DNA of 64,000 nt from a bacterium (GTDB taxonomy: Bacteria; JAMOTN01): assembly GCA_027062325.1 (NCBI GenBank), contig JAMOTN010000079.1:361-64360 (forward strand). Reading direction: 5' to 3'. Of the stretch, positions 10,657 to 20,231 are shown one piece after another. Position 1 is the first letter of the stretch. The number at the start of each line of letters is the position of its first letter. Under the pieces are notes generated by a model. That model was given only the letters and a program-made list of their open reading frames with translations. It did no database searches and was not told the origin of the DNA. Both the position numbers and the translations under genes were made by a program.

Positions 10657-11361
10657 TTAAATCTTCCCCCTCAAGCGCAAGCTTAATAGAACCAAGCCAA
10701 CACTAAAAAGTGCTACTACAAAGTTAAACCATTCTTTATTTCTGAAAAAACCTTCCTTTAAACTTCTCAAACTAAAATTAGGGATGAATTTATCTGGGAA
10801 AATTGCCCTCCTAACAGTTTTTCTAAACTCCACATACTTTTGATTAAATCTTCTTATCAAAGCTATTTCTTCAACAACTATACTCTTCACATAAGAGAAA
10901 AGATGAACTAAAAACACGATAATAGTCATTGGCCCCCCAAAAGCTATCACCAAAGAATATGTTGACAAAATACTTCCCACATACAAGGGATGGCGAACAA
11001 GCAAATAAACTCCAGTTTTACAAACATCCTTCAGCTTCTTCTCTGCTATCTCATATGAAGCCATTATACGCCATATTGAAGCCAACCCTAAAAACACCAT
11101 AGCTGTTATCAAACGGATAAAACTAAATCTTGCTTCAATAAGGCTGGCAACTAAAACCGTCCTCTGCAACCAAACCCTCTCTTTATTCACCTCTTTCACA
11201 ACAATCTCCAATCTTTTATCTTTTAACTCCTTTTCTGCCCAATCAGAATACCTCACCTGTTCAACTTTTGTTATCTTTTTATGCAAAACCTCCGCTATAT
11301 CCATTAGAACTCTGAGAACTCCTATCAAATACCCAAGTAACTTTGCAACCATCTTTATCAT
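10657..11361 (-). CDS. ICMT/PEMT-family membrane methyltransferase-like protein
   Basis: TGVYLLVRHPLYVG and EE..L...F...Y..F...V.R..FP signatures. Confidence 0.7.
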   Translation of the reverse strand: MIKMVAKLLGYLIGVLRVLMDIAEVLHKKITKVEQVRYSDWAEKELKDKRLEIVVKEVNKERVWLQRTVLVASLIEARFSFIRLITAMVFLGLASIWRIMASYEIAEKKLKDVCKTGVYLLVRHPLYVGSILSTYSLVIAFGGPMTIIVFLVHLFSYVKSIVVEEIALIRRFNQKYVEFRKTVRRAIFPDKFIPNFSLRSLKEGFFRNKEWFNFVVALFSVGLVLLSLRLRGKI

Positions 11362-11394
11362 CCTCCAACCAACTCCCCAGATTCCACAAATAAC

Positions 11395-11922
11395 CTACTT
11401 GACCTTCCACACCCTACCTATATCTAAAAAACCATCCCAATCTTCAAAACTTGTTCCCTTCAAAACCACCTTCAAACCAACTACATCATTAAAATTCATT
11501 TTGGCATCAGAAATAACTGTATGATAAAACCTAACCAAATCCCGAGGCTTCATCTCATCACTCGGAACAACATCTATCACAATAATTCCACCAACCTTGT
11601 AAGCAGCACGGCACTTCACGGAAAATTGAGCCACCTCAAATGCTTTATTCCAAAACACCTTTAAAAAATCCTCACTGGTAAAGAAAATATCAATCTTTTG
11701 CGGTTTTCCATCTTTGCCAATCATTTCAACATTCTTTTGTTTAACAATTTTACCAGTCAAAACTTCTTTTTCAGAAAAGAATTCCACATCTTTTTGGAAT
11801 TTATACCCCACTTGAGAAGCAATTTTTTCAAAAACTTCTGGTTTAACAGTGTACAACCAAAGCCCCGTAGTAAACACTGCAAATAGAAGCAAAATAAGGA
11901 ACTCACTTAACCTCTTGAACAA
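11395..11922 (-). CDS. Membrane-anchored protein, possible GerMN domain
   Basis: N-terminal TM; the C-terminal HTVISD..NFNDVVGLKVVLKG....DGFLDI resembles the GerMN consensus. Confidence 0.45.
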   Translation of the reverse strand: MFKRLSEFLILLLFAVFTTGLWLYTVKPEVFEKIASQVGYKFQKDVEFFSEKEVLTGKIVKQKNVEMIGKDGKPQKIDIFFTSEDFLKVFWNKAFEVAQFSVKCRAAYKVGGIIVIDVVPSDEMKPRDLVRFYHTVISDAKMNFNDVVGLKVVLKGTSFEDWDGFLDIGRVWKVK

Positions 11923-12694
11923 TTTTTTCTATCCCCTCCTTCAAATCGATTGCACACTCATCAGACGGATCTACAAAAACATAAACTAAATTGTAATCAG
12001 CCAAAGATGCTCCATACAATGGCACTCCATTTCTATCAACAACTTCGTCAAAGTATATACCACACTCTCCTTGTCTGAACACAAAAACCTTGCTAACTCC
12101 AACTTTTGTATAAAACTCAACCGCTTTTCTAACATCACCCTTAAAACAGTATTTAACTCCCGTTTTTTTTGCCAACTCCTTTACCCACAGAAATATTCCA
12201 TTATCCACTACTACAAAAGCAACATTTTTTTCTTCTAGAATCAACTCTTTAGTAGTAACCATATCAAGTCCAGAAACTTTTATCTCTAACGTCGAAGAAT
12301 CAGTTTCAACAATTTCATAAGTAGGAGCTGCAGGAAAATCCTGGCGTTTTACTCCCTCAGTTTCATTCACAGTAGAATTTGAAAATGCCTTTTTAAAATA
12401 GCGGTAAACAATTACCTTGGGAACAATAACAGCATCTTTTTCTCTCTTAACAATAGCAGGTAATTCAACAACCTCTCCATTAAACACTGCAACATTTGAC
12501 CCTAATTTGATATACAACTCATCACTTCCCCACTTCAAAATAAATGATTCTTCACTCATCCACTCATAATTGAAGCCATAATTTTCAAGCTCTGTAAGTT
12601 CAAAGTAATTAAAATTTTGAGCATAAGACATATTAATAAACAACACTAATAACACACCTTGCAACACCCTAACTATTCTCAGCGAATTCCCCAT
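11903..12694 (-). CDS. Secreted protein with copper-amine-oxidase-N/stalk-like domain; possible degenerate amidase
   Basis: Signal peptide; LYIKLGSNVAVFNGEVVELP...VIVP pattern; upstream of a GerMN-like gene. Confidence 0.45.
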   Translation of the reverse strand: MGNSLRIVRVLQGVLLVLFINMSYAQNFNYFELTELENYGFNYEWMSEESFILKWGSDELYIKLGSNVAVFNGEVVELPAIVKREKDAVIVPKVIVYRYFKKAFSNSTVNETEGVKRQDFPAAPTYEIVETDSSTLEIKVSGLDMVTTKELILEEKNVAFVVVDNGIFLWVKELAKKTGVKYCFKGDVRKAVEFYTKVGVSKVFVFRQGECGIYFDEVVDRNGVPLYGASLADYNLVYVFVDPSDECAIDLKEGIEKIVQEVK

Positions 12695-12698
12695 AAAT

Positions 12699-13175
12699 TC
12701 ACACCCTGACCAAAGTTTTTATCTCCTTTCTCAAACGCCTTTCAACATCCTTTTTCATCTTATCTTCCCTTTTCTCGTACTTCTTCTTACGCCGTGCCGC
12801 AGCTATCATAACCTTTGCCCATCCAGAACGCGTAAAGTAAACTTCCAAAGGAATCACTACTATTCCCTTTTGGGATGTCAAACCCATTAAACGCTTTATC
12901 TCTCTCTTATGAAGTAAAAGCTTCCTAGGTCTTTCAGGATCATATCGATAAGGCTGCTTTTGATAAGGTGGAATATGCATTTTAATTATCCAAGCTTCAG
13001 AATTTTTTATACGGACATAAGCCTCCTTTATCGAACATTTCCCTTCACGTAACGACTTAACTTCACTTCCCAACAAAGATAGTCCAGCCTCATACTTTTC
13101 TAGCATTTCATAATCATGGTAAGCCTTTTTATTCCTAGCCACCACTCTGTAAACTGGACTGGTTTTATTTCCCAT
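12699..13175 (-). CDS. smpB: SsrA-binding protein
   Basis: NKKAYHDY, EAGLSLLGSEVKSLR, RKLLLHKREI, basic C-tail. Confidence 0.97.
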   Translation of the reverse strand: MGNKTSPVYRVVARNKKAYHDYEMLEKYEAGLSLLGSEVKSLREGKCSIKEAYVRIKNSEAWIIKMHIPPYQKQPYRYDPERPRKLLLHKREIKRLMGLTSQKGIVVIPLEVYFTRSGWAKVMIAAARRKKKYEKREDKMKKDVERRLRKEIKTLVRV

Positions 13176-13209
13176 GCAACAAAGCCTCCAAATAAAAACT
13201 CATATCAAA

Positions 13210-13226
13210 ATTTGATTTTATCAAAT
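13210..13226 (-). promoter_or_regulatory. Extended -10 (TGaTAAAAT) overlapped by the palindrome ATTTGAT-TTT-ATCAAAT upstream of smpB
   Basis: Read directly in the 13176-13279 intergenic region. Confidence 0.4.
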
Positions 13227-13279
13227 CACAACCTTTTCAAACCACCCGATAAACCACTCAACCCTATTCTACACAGAAA

Positions 13280-13867
13280 TCACTTACCTAAAAAATCACC
13301 CACACGAACATCTCCTTCAGCCCTTCCAACCCAAACAGGGCCGTCATTCCACAATATTCTAACTCTACCAACTATTTTCACCCGCTGTATATTCAGTACC
13401 TTCTCTTTTCTATAAGCAAAATATTCAGCAGGCTCTATTGCAAAATCTCCAATTCTTTTTACAACCACCCGTGTATCTCCCCTAATAGTCTTTTCAACTT
13501 CCACAACTTCACCAACAAACTGAACTCTGTCCACATACCAATCATCAACGTATCTTCTTGCATCTTGAAAAGCTTTTAGACGGGTAAGCAGCACTCCCAA
13601 CAATTTGCCACTTTTCACTCTTCCATCGGCATACATTTCATAAGCCTTCTCATATTCTCCAAGCGCAAGGTAAATTCGAAATTTTAATTTGTTATAGGCA
13701 TCCTTCTGGCCATCAACTTTTATAGCAAAATCAACTTTTTCAAGAGCTAACCTGTAATTGCCTTCCCTAAAATTCTTCAACGCAGCCAAATAAGCCCTTT
13801 TACCTCTAATATCCGCCAAGCATAAGAGATGTAAGATAAGGACAATAATAATTCCGGCTCTAGCCAA
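13280..13867 (-). CDS. Secreted TPR-containing hypothetical protein
   Basis: Hydrophobic N-terminus; TPR-like helices (GNYRLALEKV, IYLALGEYEKAYE). Confidence 0.6.
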   Translation of the reverse strand: MARAGIIIVLILHLLCLADIRGKRAYLAALKNFREGNYRLALEKVDFAIKVDGQKDAYNKLKFRIYLALGEYEKAYEMYADGRVKSGKLLGVLLTRLKAFQDARRYVDDWYVDRVQFVGEVVEVEKTIRGDTRVVVKRIGDFAIEPAEYFAYRKEKVLNIQRVKIVGRVRILWNDGPVWVGRAEGDVRVGDFLGK

Positions 13868-14346
13868 TTTTCTCCCTCCTTAACTCCAAAGTGAAGATGA
13901 ACTCCAGTACTCCTTCCAGTATTTCCCATCAAAGCTATAATATCACCTGCACTAACAAATGTTCCTTCTTTTACCAAGACTTTACTGCAGTGAGCGTAGT
14001 AAACCTCCCCCCACACAGTAGAGAGAATCACGTATTTCCCCATGTATCTATCTTCTCCAACCTTTTCCACAATTCCATTACAGACAGCAAAAAGCGGCGA
14101 AAACCTCTCGTTCACTAGATCAATTCCTCTATGCATCTCCTTGCGATGAGTAATAGGATGCATACGCATACCGTAGCGAGAACTAACAATTCCAACAGTC
14201 GGTAATTTAATCTCTGCTATCTCCAAAGGTCTCATAACAAAATAAGACATATCAACAGGATCTAAATTAATTTCAAAGCTCGTCTCCATGTAAACTCCTA
14301 AAAACAAATAAAGCAACAAACTTAGTGAAACCATACTTTTCACCAA
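13777..14346 (-). CDS. M23 family metallopeptidase
   Basis: HRGID and TGRSTGVHLHF (HxxxD/HxH) motifs. Confidence 0.92.
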   Translation of the reverse strand: MVKSMVSLSLLLYLFLGVYMETSFEINLDPVDMSYFVMRPLEIAEIKLPTVGIVSSRYGMRMHPITHRKEMHRGIDLVNERFSPLFAVCNGIVEKVGEDRYMGKYVILSTVWGEVYYAHCSKVLVKEGTFVSAGDIIALMGNTGRSTGVHLHFGVKEGENWLEPELLLSLSYISYAWRILEVKGLIWLR

Positions 14347-14426
14347 CCATATACAATCACTAAAGTAGATATTAACTTATCGGATCTACAATTCAATACC
14401 CCAAAACTTACTTATTCTCTCTACCC

Positions 14427-15734
14427 CTACACCTCCAACTCATCAACCTCAACATTCTGCTCTCTTATCTTTTTCCAAACATCTGCCAAAAATTCAACAT
14501 TAGACTTATATTGACTCAATTTCTTTCTAAACTGTTGAATTGCTTCGTAAGGCGGCAGTGTATCTAAAACTCTTCTTATATACCAAACCACTTTCAGCTC
14601 ATTCTCATCCATCAGCAACTCCTCACGACGCGTACTCGACTTTTTAATGTTCACGGCCGGGAATATTCTCTTCTCAAATATTCCCCTATCCAAGACAAGC
14701 TCCATATTACCAGTTCCTTTAAACTCCTCAAATATTATGTCATCTTGTTTACTTCCAGTTTCTATTAGAGCAGTAGCAAGAATCGTTAAGCTTCCACCTT
14801 CCTCTATATTACGAGCAGCACCAAAAAACTTCTTAGGTTTGTAAAGCGCCAAAGGGTTTATACCACCTGTCAATGTCTGTCCCGTAGCTGGTGAAGATAA
14901 GTTGTAAGCACGCGCAAGTCTTGTTAAACTGTCCAACAATATCAAAACATCTTTTCCATACTCCACAAGGCGTTTTGCCCTCTCTAAAAGAAGCTCTGCT
15001 ATTCTAATGTGGCTGGTAACAGGCTTATCAAAAGTTGACGCCACAACAGTTGCCGAAGTTGACCTCTCAAAATCTGTTACCTCCTCAGGACGCTCATCTA
15101 TCAGCAAGACAAAAACTTCTACATCCGGATAGTTTTTTATGATACCATTTGCAATCTTTTTGAGCAAAGTTGTCTTCCCAGCTTTAGGAGGGGCAACTAT
15201 TAATCCTCTTTGTCCTTTTCCTATAGGAGTAACAAGGTCAATTATCCTCGTATCGAGTTCTTCTGGTTCAGTCTCCAAAAACAACCTTCCACTCCTTTCT
15301 CCCTTTTTCTTCTCACCCGGAAATATGGGAGTGAGATCCTCAAAGTTTCTGCGATACTTTGGCAACTCAGAAACAGGAATTCCATCCACAGCTATAACTT
15401 CAAGCATTCCCCTATACTTATCCGTTGGTCGTTTTTCTCTCACACGCGCAAGCAACCTGTCGCCGGGCCTCAAACCATACTTTTTTATAAACATATTTGG
15501 AACGAAAACATCATCATTTGAAACCTGAAATTCCCTAATCCTCAAATATGAATGCCCCTGACTATCCGCTGCAACATCCAACAAACCAATCTCTGCCATC
15601 TCACCTTTTGCTTCCATTATCTTTCTGTATATCTCATCTGGTGGGCTCTTCTTAGGCAGTCCAACATCCTCAGCAACTTGTCTTCTCTCCTTATCCTTCA
15701 TCTTCCACAACTCAATGTACTCCATAACTTCCAC
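14427..15734 (-). CDS. rho: Transcription termination factor Rho
   Basis: [51 protein letters not shown]. Confidence 0.98.
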   Translation of the reverse strand: MEVMEYIELWKMKDKERRQVAEDVGLPKKSPPDEIYRKIMEAKGEMAEIGLLDVAADSQGHSYLRIREFQVSNDDVFVPNMFIKKYGLRPGDRLLARVREKRPTDKYRGMLEVIAVDGIPVSELPKYRRNFEDLTPIFPGEKKKGERSGRLFLETEPEELDTRIIDLVTPIGKGQRGLIVAPPKAGKTTLLKKIANGIIKNYPDVEVFVLLIDERPEEVTDFERSTSATVVASTFDKPVTSHIRIAELLLERAKRLVEYGKDVLILLDSLTRLARAYNLSSPATGQTLTGGINPLALYKPKKFFGAARNIEEGGSLTILATALIETGSKQDDIIFEEFKGTGNMELVLDRGIFEKRIFPAVNIKKSSTRREELLMDENELKVVWYIRRVLDTLPPYEAIQQFRKKLSQYKSNVEFLADVWKKIREQNVEVDELEV

Positions 15735-15772
15735 CCCTTAGCCGGAATTGTAAAAATGTAGCACTATTCAAC

Positions 15773-16744
15773 TTACTTAACAATGTATATAAGGTAAGAG
15801 GAAAGCAAGTAACCTATGAGGAGAACCAAACTTCCCCACTCAAACCTTTTAGTACGCGGCAGCGCCTCCTCCAACATCAAAATCACTATGGAAGCATTGA
15901 AAATTCCAGCTGCCGCCAAAATTAATGTCGGTTTCAAACTCAACGCTGAGAATATACTTCCTTTCCAAAATATATCAACGACCCCTATTATAGCAAGATT
16001 AAATATATTGCTTCCTATTAAATTACCAACCGCCATATCAAGATTTCCCCTTATAGCTGCAGGAACAGATACAGAAACCTCAGGAAGTGAAGTAACAATA
16101 GCTATAAACAAACCACCTATGAAACTCTTGCCCCAACCATAGTGATCTGCTATTTTATCTCCGTATTTAGCAAGTGCTATTCCACACACAAATATGATAG
16201 CTGCTAATACAACAAACTCCACTATTATCTTAGTTAAACTCTCTTCAACCTCTTCCTCGTACTCCTCCTCTTGATGAGCATTCCTAAGTGCCAATAGGTA
16301 AACTACGAACAAAAGAAACGCGTAAAACGATATCGTTCCAAATGTCAAAGGCAACCTAGAAGACACTGCAACCGCTACCAACACAATTGCTGTCATCAAG
16401 CTGGCAAATCCAAGCATAGAATTTGCAAACCTATGATTTTCAAAAGCAGCTGTATACGGCACACTTGTCGCTAAATCCACTATAGCTATGGAAAATAGAT
16501 TGAATACATTGCTACCAAGCATATCAGAAACTGCAATATCAGGTTGCTTTACAACTGCTACAGCTCCAATAGCAGAAGAAAGCTCTGGAAGGCTCGTAGC
16601 TGCAGCTAGGAATAAAAATCCTACAAATCCACTAGATAATTCAAGCTTTATGGCCAATTTCTCTCCAACATCGCTTAACAACTTGCCGCAAATCACTGTC
16701 AGAACGGCTGCAGAGATAAAAATTAACCACCATGTTGCTATCAT
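15773..16744 (-). CDS. Na+/Ca2+ (CaCA/YrbG family) antiporter
   Basis: Two alpha-repeats, ATSLPE...GSNVFN and VTSLPE...GSNIFN. Confidence 0.92.
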   Translation of the reverse strand: MIATWWLIFISAAVLTVICGKLLSDVGEKLAIKLELSSGFVGFLFLAAATSLPELSSAIGAVAVVKQPDIAVSDMLGSNVFNLFSIAIVDLATSVPYTAAFENHRFANSMLGFASLMTAIVLVAVAVSSRLPLTFGTISFYAFLLFVVYLLALRNAHQEEEYEEEVEESLTKIIVEFVVLAAIIFVCGIALAKYGDKIADHYGWGKSFIGGLFIAIVTSLPEVSVSVPAAIRGNLDMAVGNLIGSNIFNLAIIGVVDIFWKGSIFSALSLKPTLILAAAGIFNASIVILMLEEALPRTKRFEWGSLVLLIGYLLSSYLIYIVK

Positions 16745-16803
16745 AAAATCTCCCCCTAAAAATATGGAAAATTCTCAAAAAGCATTCCACTTAAAACCAC
16801 TCT

Positions 16804-17502
16804 TTATAAAGATGTATAACTAGAAGTGATCCAGAAATTCTGCCCACCCAACTTTTCTCTCATCGCCGCTGTTAAACGTGTAATATAACTTGCCTGAACT
16901 ACACACCCTTTTTTAAAATCAAACCACACATCCCCCAATGTTACAACCTGATCCGTTACAACCTTAACTCTTATTCTAGCAATTCTTCTCCTATAAGTCG
17001 CATACCACTTGTAATGCAACTTCACAGTTCCATAAGGAGAAGAAACCATCTCATCCCAAGTGCTACCCCTTTTTACTGGAAAAAACGGCAATTTTAAAAA
17101 TATACCACCTAAACCACCTGTTCTCTTCAAAACCTCATCACCTTGGAATACCTCCAATACCTTCCCTGTTTCACTCATCAGAAAAACTTGGATTTGAGGA
17201 TCCACGATGGGAATCATAAATTCAAATCCTGCCACATCTTCTCTTTTTCCTATAAGAGTAGCAGGTTCATAGTTAACAGCAATGAGAAGTGGTTCATCAT
17301 CAGTCAAAGTTGCAACCTTCATCTTTCCCGTCACGTAAAAAGAGACAGAATTTTCCACCATTAACTTGACAGCATATCTGTAGTACATAAATCCAAAAGG
17401 CTTATATTTTAAGAATATCGCTCCTTTAGATCTGCCATATTTAGCTCTTCCATACACGCTACAGGTAATAAGCACTAGCAATATTAGCAGCCAAAACCGC
17501 AT
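16804..17502 (-). CDS. Secreted hypothetical protein
   Basis: Signal peptide MRFWLLILLVLITCSVYG; beta-rich; start uncertain because it overlaps the psuG end. Confidence 0.6.
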   Translation of the reverse strand: MRFWLLILLVLITCSVYGRAKYGRSKGAIFLKYKPFGFMYYRYAVKLMVENSVSFYVTGKMKVATLTDDEPLLIAVNYEPATLIGKREDVAGFEFMIPIVDPQIQVFLMSETGKVLEVFQGDEVLKRTGGLGGIFLKLPFFPVKRGSTWDEMVSSPYGTVKLHYKWYATYRRRIARIRVKVVTDQVVTLGDVWFDFKKGCVVQASYITRLTAAMREKLGGQNFWITSSYTSL

Positions 17503-18376
17503 TTTCAAGAAGTAATCTTTCATTAACCTTGAGCACCTCCCTATCAGTCATCTCAACCAATCTTGAAAGTACAAATGGAGTAACAGCACCACCCTTAACT
17601 CCTTTCATCTCCGCCTCAATTATTGCCTTCTCTATCAGCTTCTCAGCTTTTTCTTGAGGCATCACATCTTCTAAACCTTTACTAACAGGATTAACTACCA
17701 ATACGCCACCCGGAATACGCGCCTTAAATTTGAATTTCAACAACGAAGCTACCTCTTCAGCAGAATCAAACTTAACAACTGGATAATCTGTGGTCTTAAA
17801 GTAAAATGCTGGAAATCTATCGGTCTTATACCCAATAACGGGGACTCCCATTGTTTCAAGAAACTCCACTGTTTTTCTTAGATCCATTATACTTTTGACA
17901 CCACTTGAAACAACTGCCACAGGAGTTCTAGAAAGCTCAGTTAAATCTGTTGAGATATCAAAATTTTCCTCAGCTTTTCGTGCCACACCACCTATTCCAC
18001 CGGTAACCATGATTTTTATCCTGGCAAGATGAGCAGCAACCATTGTAGCCGCAACAGTCAACGCACCTGTTCTTTTCTTAACAATCATCCATGCAAGATC
18101 TCTTTTACTAGCCTTCTCAACTCCTTTACTCTCTGCCAATCTCTCTAATTCAGTTTCACTCAAGCCGATTTTCAATTTCCCATCAATTATTGCAATAGTG
18201 GCAGGCACTACCCCACGCTTTCTAATCTCATTTTCAATGGCTCTGTGCACCCGCAAATTATCAGGCTTAGGAAGCCCAAACGAAAGAACAACGCTCTCTA
18301 TCGCAACAATTGGTAAACCTTTTTCCTTAGCCGCCAAAACTTCCTCAGAAAACTCCATCCATTCCTCCAAGCGCAT
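17459..18376 (-). CDS. psuG: Pseudouridine-5'-phosphate glycosidase family protein
   Basis: VAIES, VPATIA, KASKRDL, TVAATM, TGGIGGV, DISTDL, GVKSIMD, VTPFVL; ATG 18376 with GAGGTG SD. Confidence 0.9.
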   Translation of the reverse strand: MRLEEWMEFSEEVLAAKEKGLPIVAIESVVLSFGLPKPDNLRVHRAIENEIRKRGVVPATIAIIDGKLKIGLSETELERLAESKGVEKASKRDLAWMIVKKRTGALTVAATMVAAHLARIKIMVTGGIGGVARKAEENFDISTDLTELSRTPVAVVSSGVKSIMDLRKTVEFLETMGVPVIGYKTDRFPAFYFKTTDYPVVKFDSAEEVASLLKFKFKARIPGGVLVVNPVSKGLEDVMPQEKAEKLIEKAIIEAEMKGVKGGAVTPFVLSRLVEMTDREVLKVNERLLLENAVLAANIASAYYL

Positions 18377-18386
18377 AAAGCCCACC

Positions 18387-19643
18387 TCACATTTCCTCGC
18401 TCTTCTTAGCCTCAAATTGTTCTTGCCATATTCTATCTGCTTCAGCACGCAACCTCTCCTCAAGCTGCATGGTAAATAGCATACTCTCAGGAATTCCTAA
18501 ATCAACCTGACTTTCAACCGCATCTATAAAATCCCTTAATCTACCCCTATCATACTTCATTGCACTGACAACTAACACAACAACATCAGGCTCAGGATCA
18601 GAAAGCATTGTAGCAAGCAAATAAAGCTTCAAATCATCATCCTGAAGAGCCAAAATATCAGCTATAACCTTTGAGCGATCTTTTACCTCCGGGGAGGATA
18701 TTTTATCAAGAATTAAACCTTCTTTCAAAGCCCTTTGGGCTATATCTTCCATTTTAGCACCTAAAAATTCATTCAAAATTTCATGAACAACCCTTTCTCT
18801 CTCTTGAACCTTCTCTATATACTCAATATGCTCTGCTAGTTCATTAGCAAAGTACTTTTTAGCAACCTCTAAAGCCTTCTTACGTATATCACTAACTGGA
18901 TCATACAACAACTCCACAACAAATTCTTTTATTCTCGGAATATGCCGCTTATCCACCTTATCAACAATTTCCCCAAGCAAGTATGCAACACTGTCGCGAT
19001 TTGAAACCTGAGGTGACTTTATCATTTCGGAAATTTCACTTATAAGAGAAGCCTTAGCCAAAGTTAATATTGCTTTTATAGCAGCAACTCTCACTCTGTG
19101 CTCTGGATCAGAAATTTTTACCATTATGTGCGGAACAGCCTCAGTACATCCTGCTATTTCTAGTGCCTCAACAGCATTAGCTCTAACTCTTTCATCCGAA
19201 TGATCCAAAAACGCCACAAGTTTCTCACATACACGGCGACCAGCAAGCTCTCCTAAAGCCTTTACAACTGCCGATAAAACAAACTCATGTCGTTCATTCT
19301 TTATCAACTCTTCCAACTCTGGCACAAGTTCTACAAGTTTTTTATCACGTATATACTGAACAGCTTGCAATCTCTCTCTATAATCGTAAGCCGATAACAT
19401 CGCCCTTAACTTATCTGGATCCAAGGCATCGGGCACTCTAACTTTACTTCTTTTTTCAAGCAAATCTATGGCTTTTCTTGCCAAGTACTTTATCTCAGCA
19501 TTTGAATCCTTTGCAAACTCCCTTAGAAACTCAATAGCATCAGCATCTCCAATCTTCAAAAGGTAATTTATAGCCGCCTTTTTATGCTCAACTCCACCAC
19601 GCTTTAAAATATTCTTTATTTTGGTTCTTAGTTCATCAGTCAT
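18387..19643 (-). CDS. HEAT-repeat protein
   Basis: Repeated L.D.D.RVRANAVEAL / DPEHRVRVAAIKAI units. Confidence 0.85.
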   Translation of the reverse strand: MTDELRTKIKNILKRGGVEHKKAAINYLLKIGDADAIEFLREFAKDSNAEIKYLARKAIDLLEKRSKVRVPDALDPDKLRAMLSAYDYRERLQAVQYIRDKKLVELVPELEELIKNERHEFVLSAVVKALGELAGRRVCEKLVAFLDHSDERVRANAVEALEIAGCTEAVPHIMVKISDPEHRVRVAAIKAILTLAKASLISEISEMIKSPQVSNRDSVAYLLGEIVDKVDKRHIPRIKEFVVELLYDPVSDIRKKALEVAKKYFANELAEHIEYIEKVQERERVVHEILNEFLGAKMEDIAQRALKEGLILDKISSPEVKDRSKVIADILALQDDDLKLYLLATMLSDPEPDVVVLVVSAMKYDRGRLRDFIDAVESQVDLGIPESMLFTMQLEERLRAEADRIWQEQFEAKKSEEM

Positions 19644-20227
19644 ACCTCAAAACTCACCCTCTCTTTTAGATAGAGCAAAACCTTATCAATTCCTTCTCCT
19701 GTTTGAGCACTTATAGGAAATACTGAAACATCCGTTATACTTTTAATATCTCCCGCCAATTTTTTAACAGCATTACCTTTTTGAGATTTAGACAACTTAT
19801 CAACCTTATTGAGCAGTACAATACAATCGTATGAAAAATCTTGCCAGCTTTCAAGGAAGAATACATCGTAATCACGCAATCCTCTCCTGATATCAACAAT
19901 TAATACAGCTACATCAACTTTTATTTCATTCAAAAAACGTTCGACAAGTTCAGAAAATCTGACAGCTTCTCTTCGCGAAACTTTTGCAAATCCATACCCG
20001 GGAAGATCAACAATACATCCTTTGCGACATGTATAAAGATTCAAACTTACAGTCTTCCCGGGCTTTTTAGCAACATAGGCTACTTTAGATCTTGTCAAAA
20101 CGTTTATAAAGCTTGATTTTCCGACATTTGAATAACCTGCCGTTATCAATATTGGCTCCCTCAATTTTCGTTTAAAACTCTCTAATTCTTTCACATTCCA
20201 GCATGTAGCTTCAAGCTTAATTCCCAC
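19640..20227 (-). CDS. engB: Ribosome biogenesis GTPase YihA/YsxC
   Basis: GYSNVGKSS, KPGKT, DLPGYG, NKVD. Confidence 0.93.
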   Translation of the reverse strand: MGIKLEATCWNVKELESFKRKLREPILITAGYSNVGKSSFINVLTRSKVAYVAKKPGKTVSLNLYTCRKGCIVDLPGYGFAKVSRREAVRFSELVERFLNEIKVDVAVLIVDIRRGLRDYDVFFLESWQDFSYDCIVLLNKVDKLSKSQKGNAVKKLAGDIKSITDVSVFPISAQTGEGIDKVLLYLKERVSFEV

Positions 20228-20231
20228 ACTA

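Noticed and set aside
13212..13224. FNR box
   Set aside because: The TTGAT/ATCAA spacer is 3 nt, not the required 4
12699..13279. tmRNA (ssrA) next to smpB
   Set aside because: No GGGG...tRNA-like ends or tag frame; the intergenic space is too short
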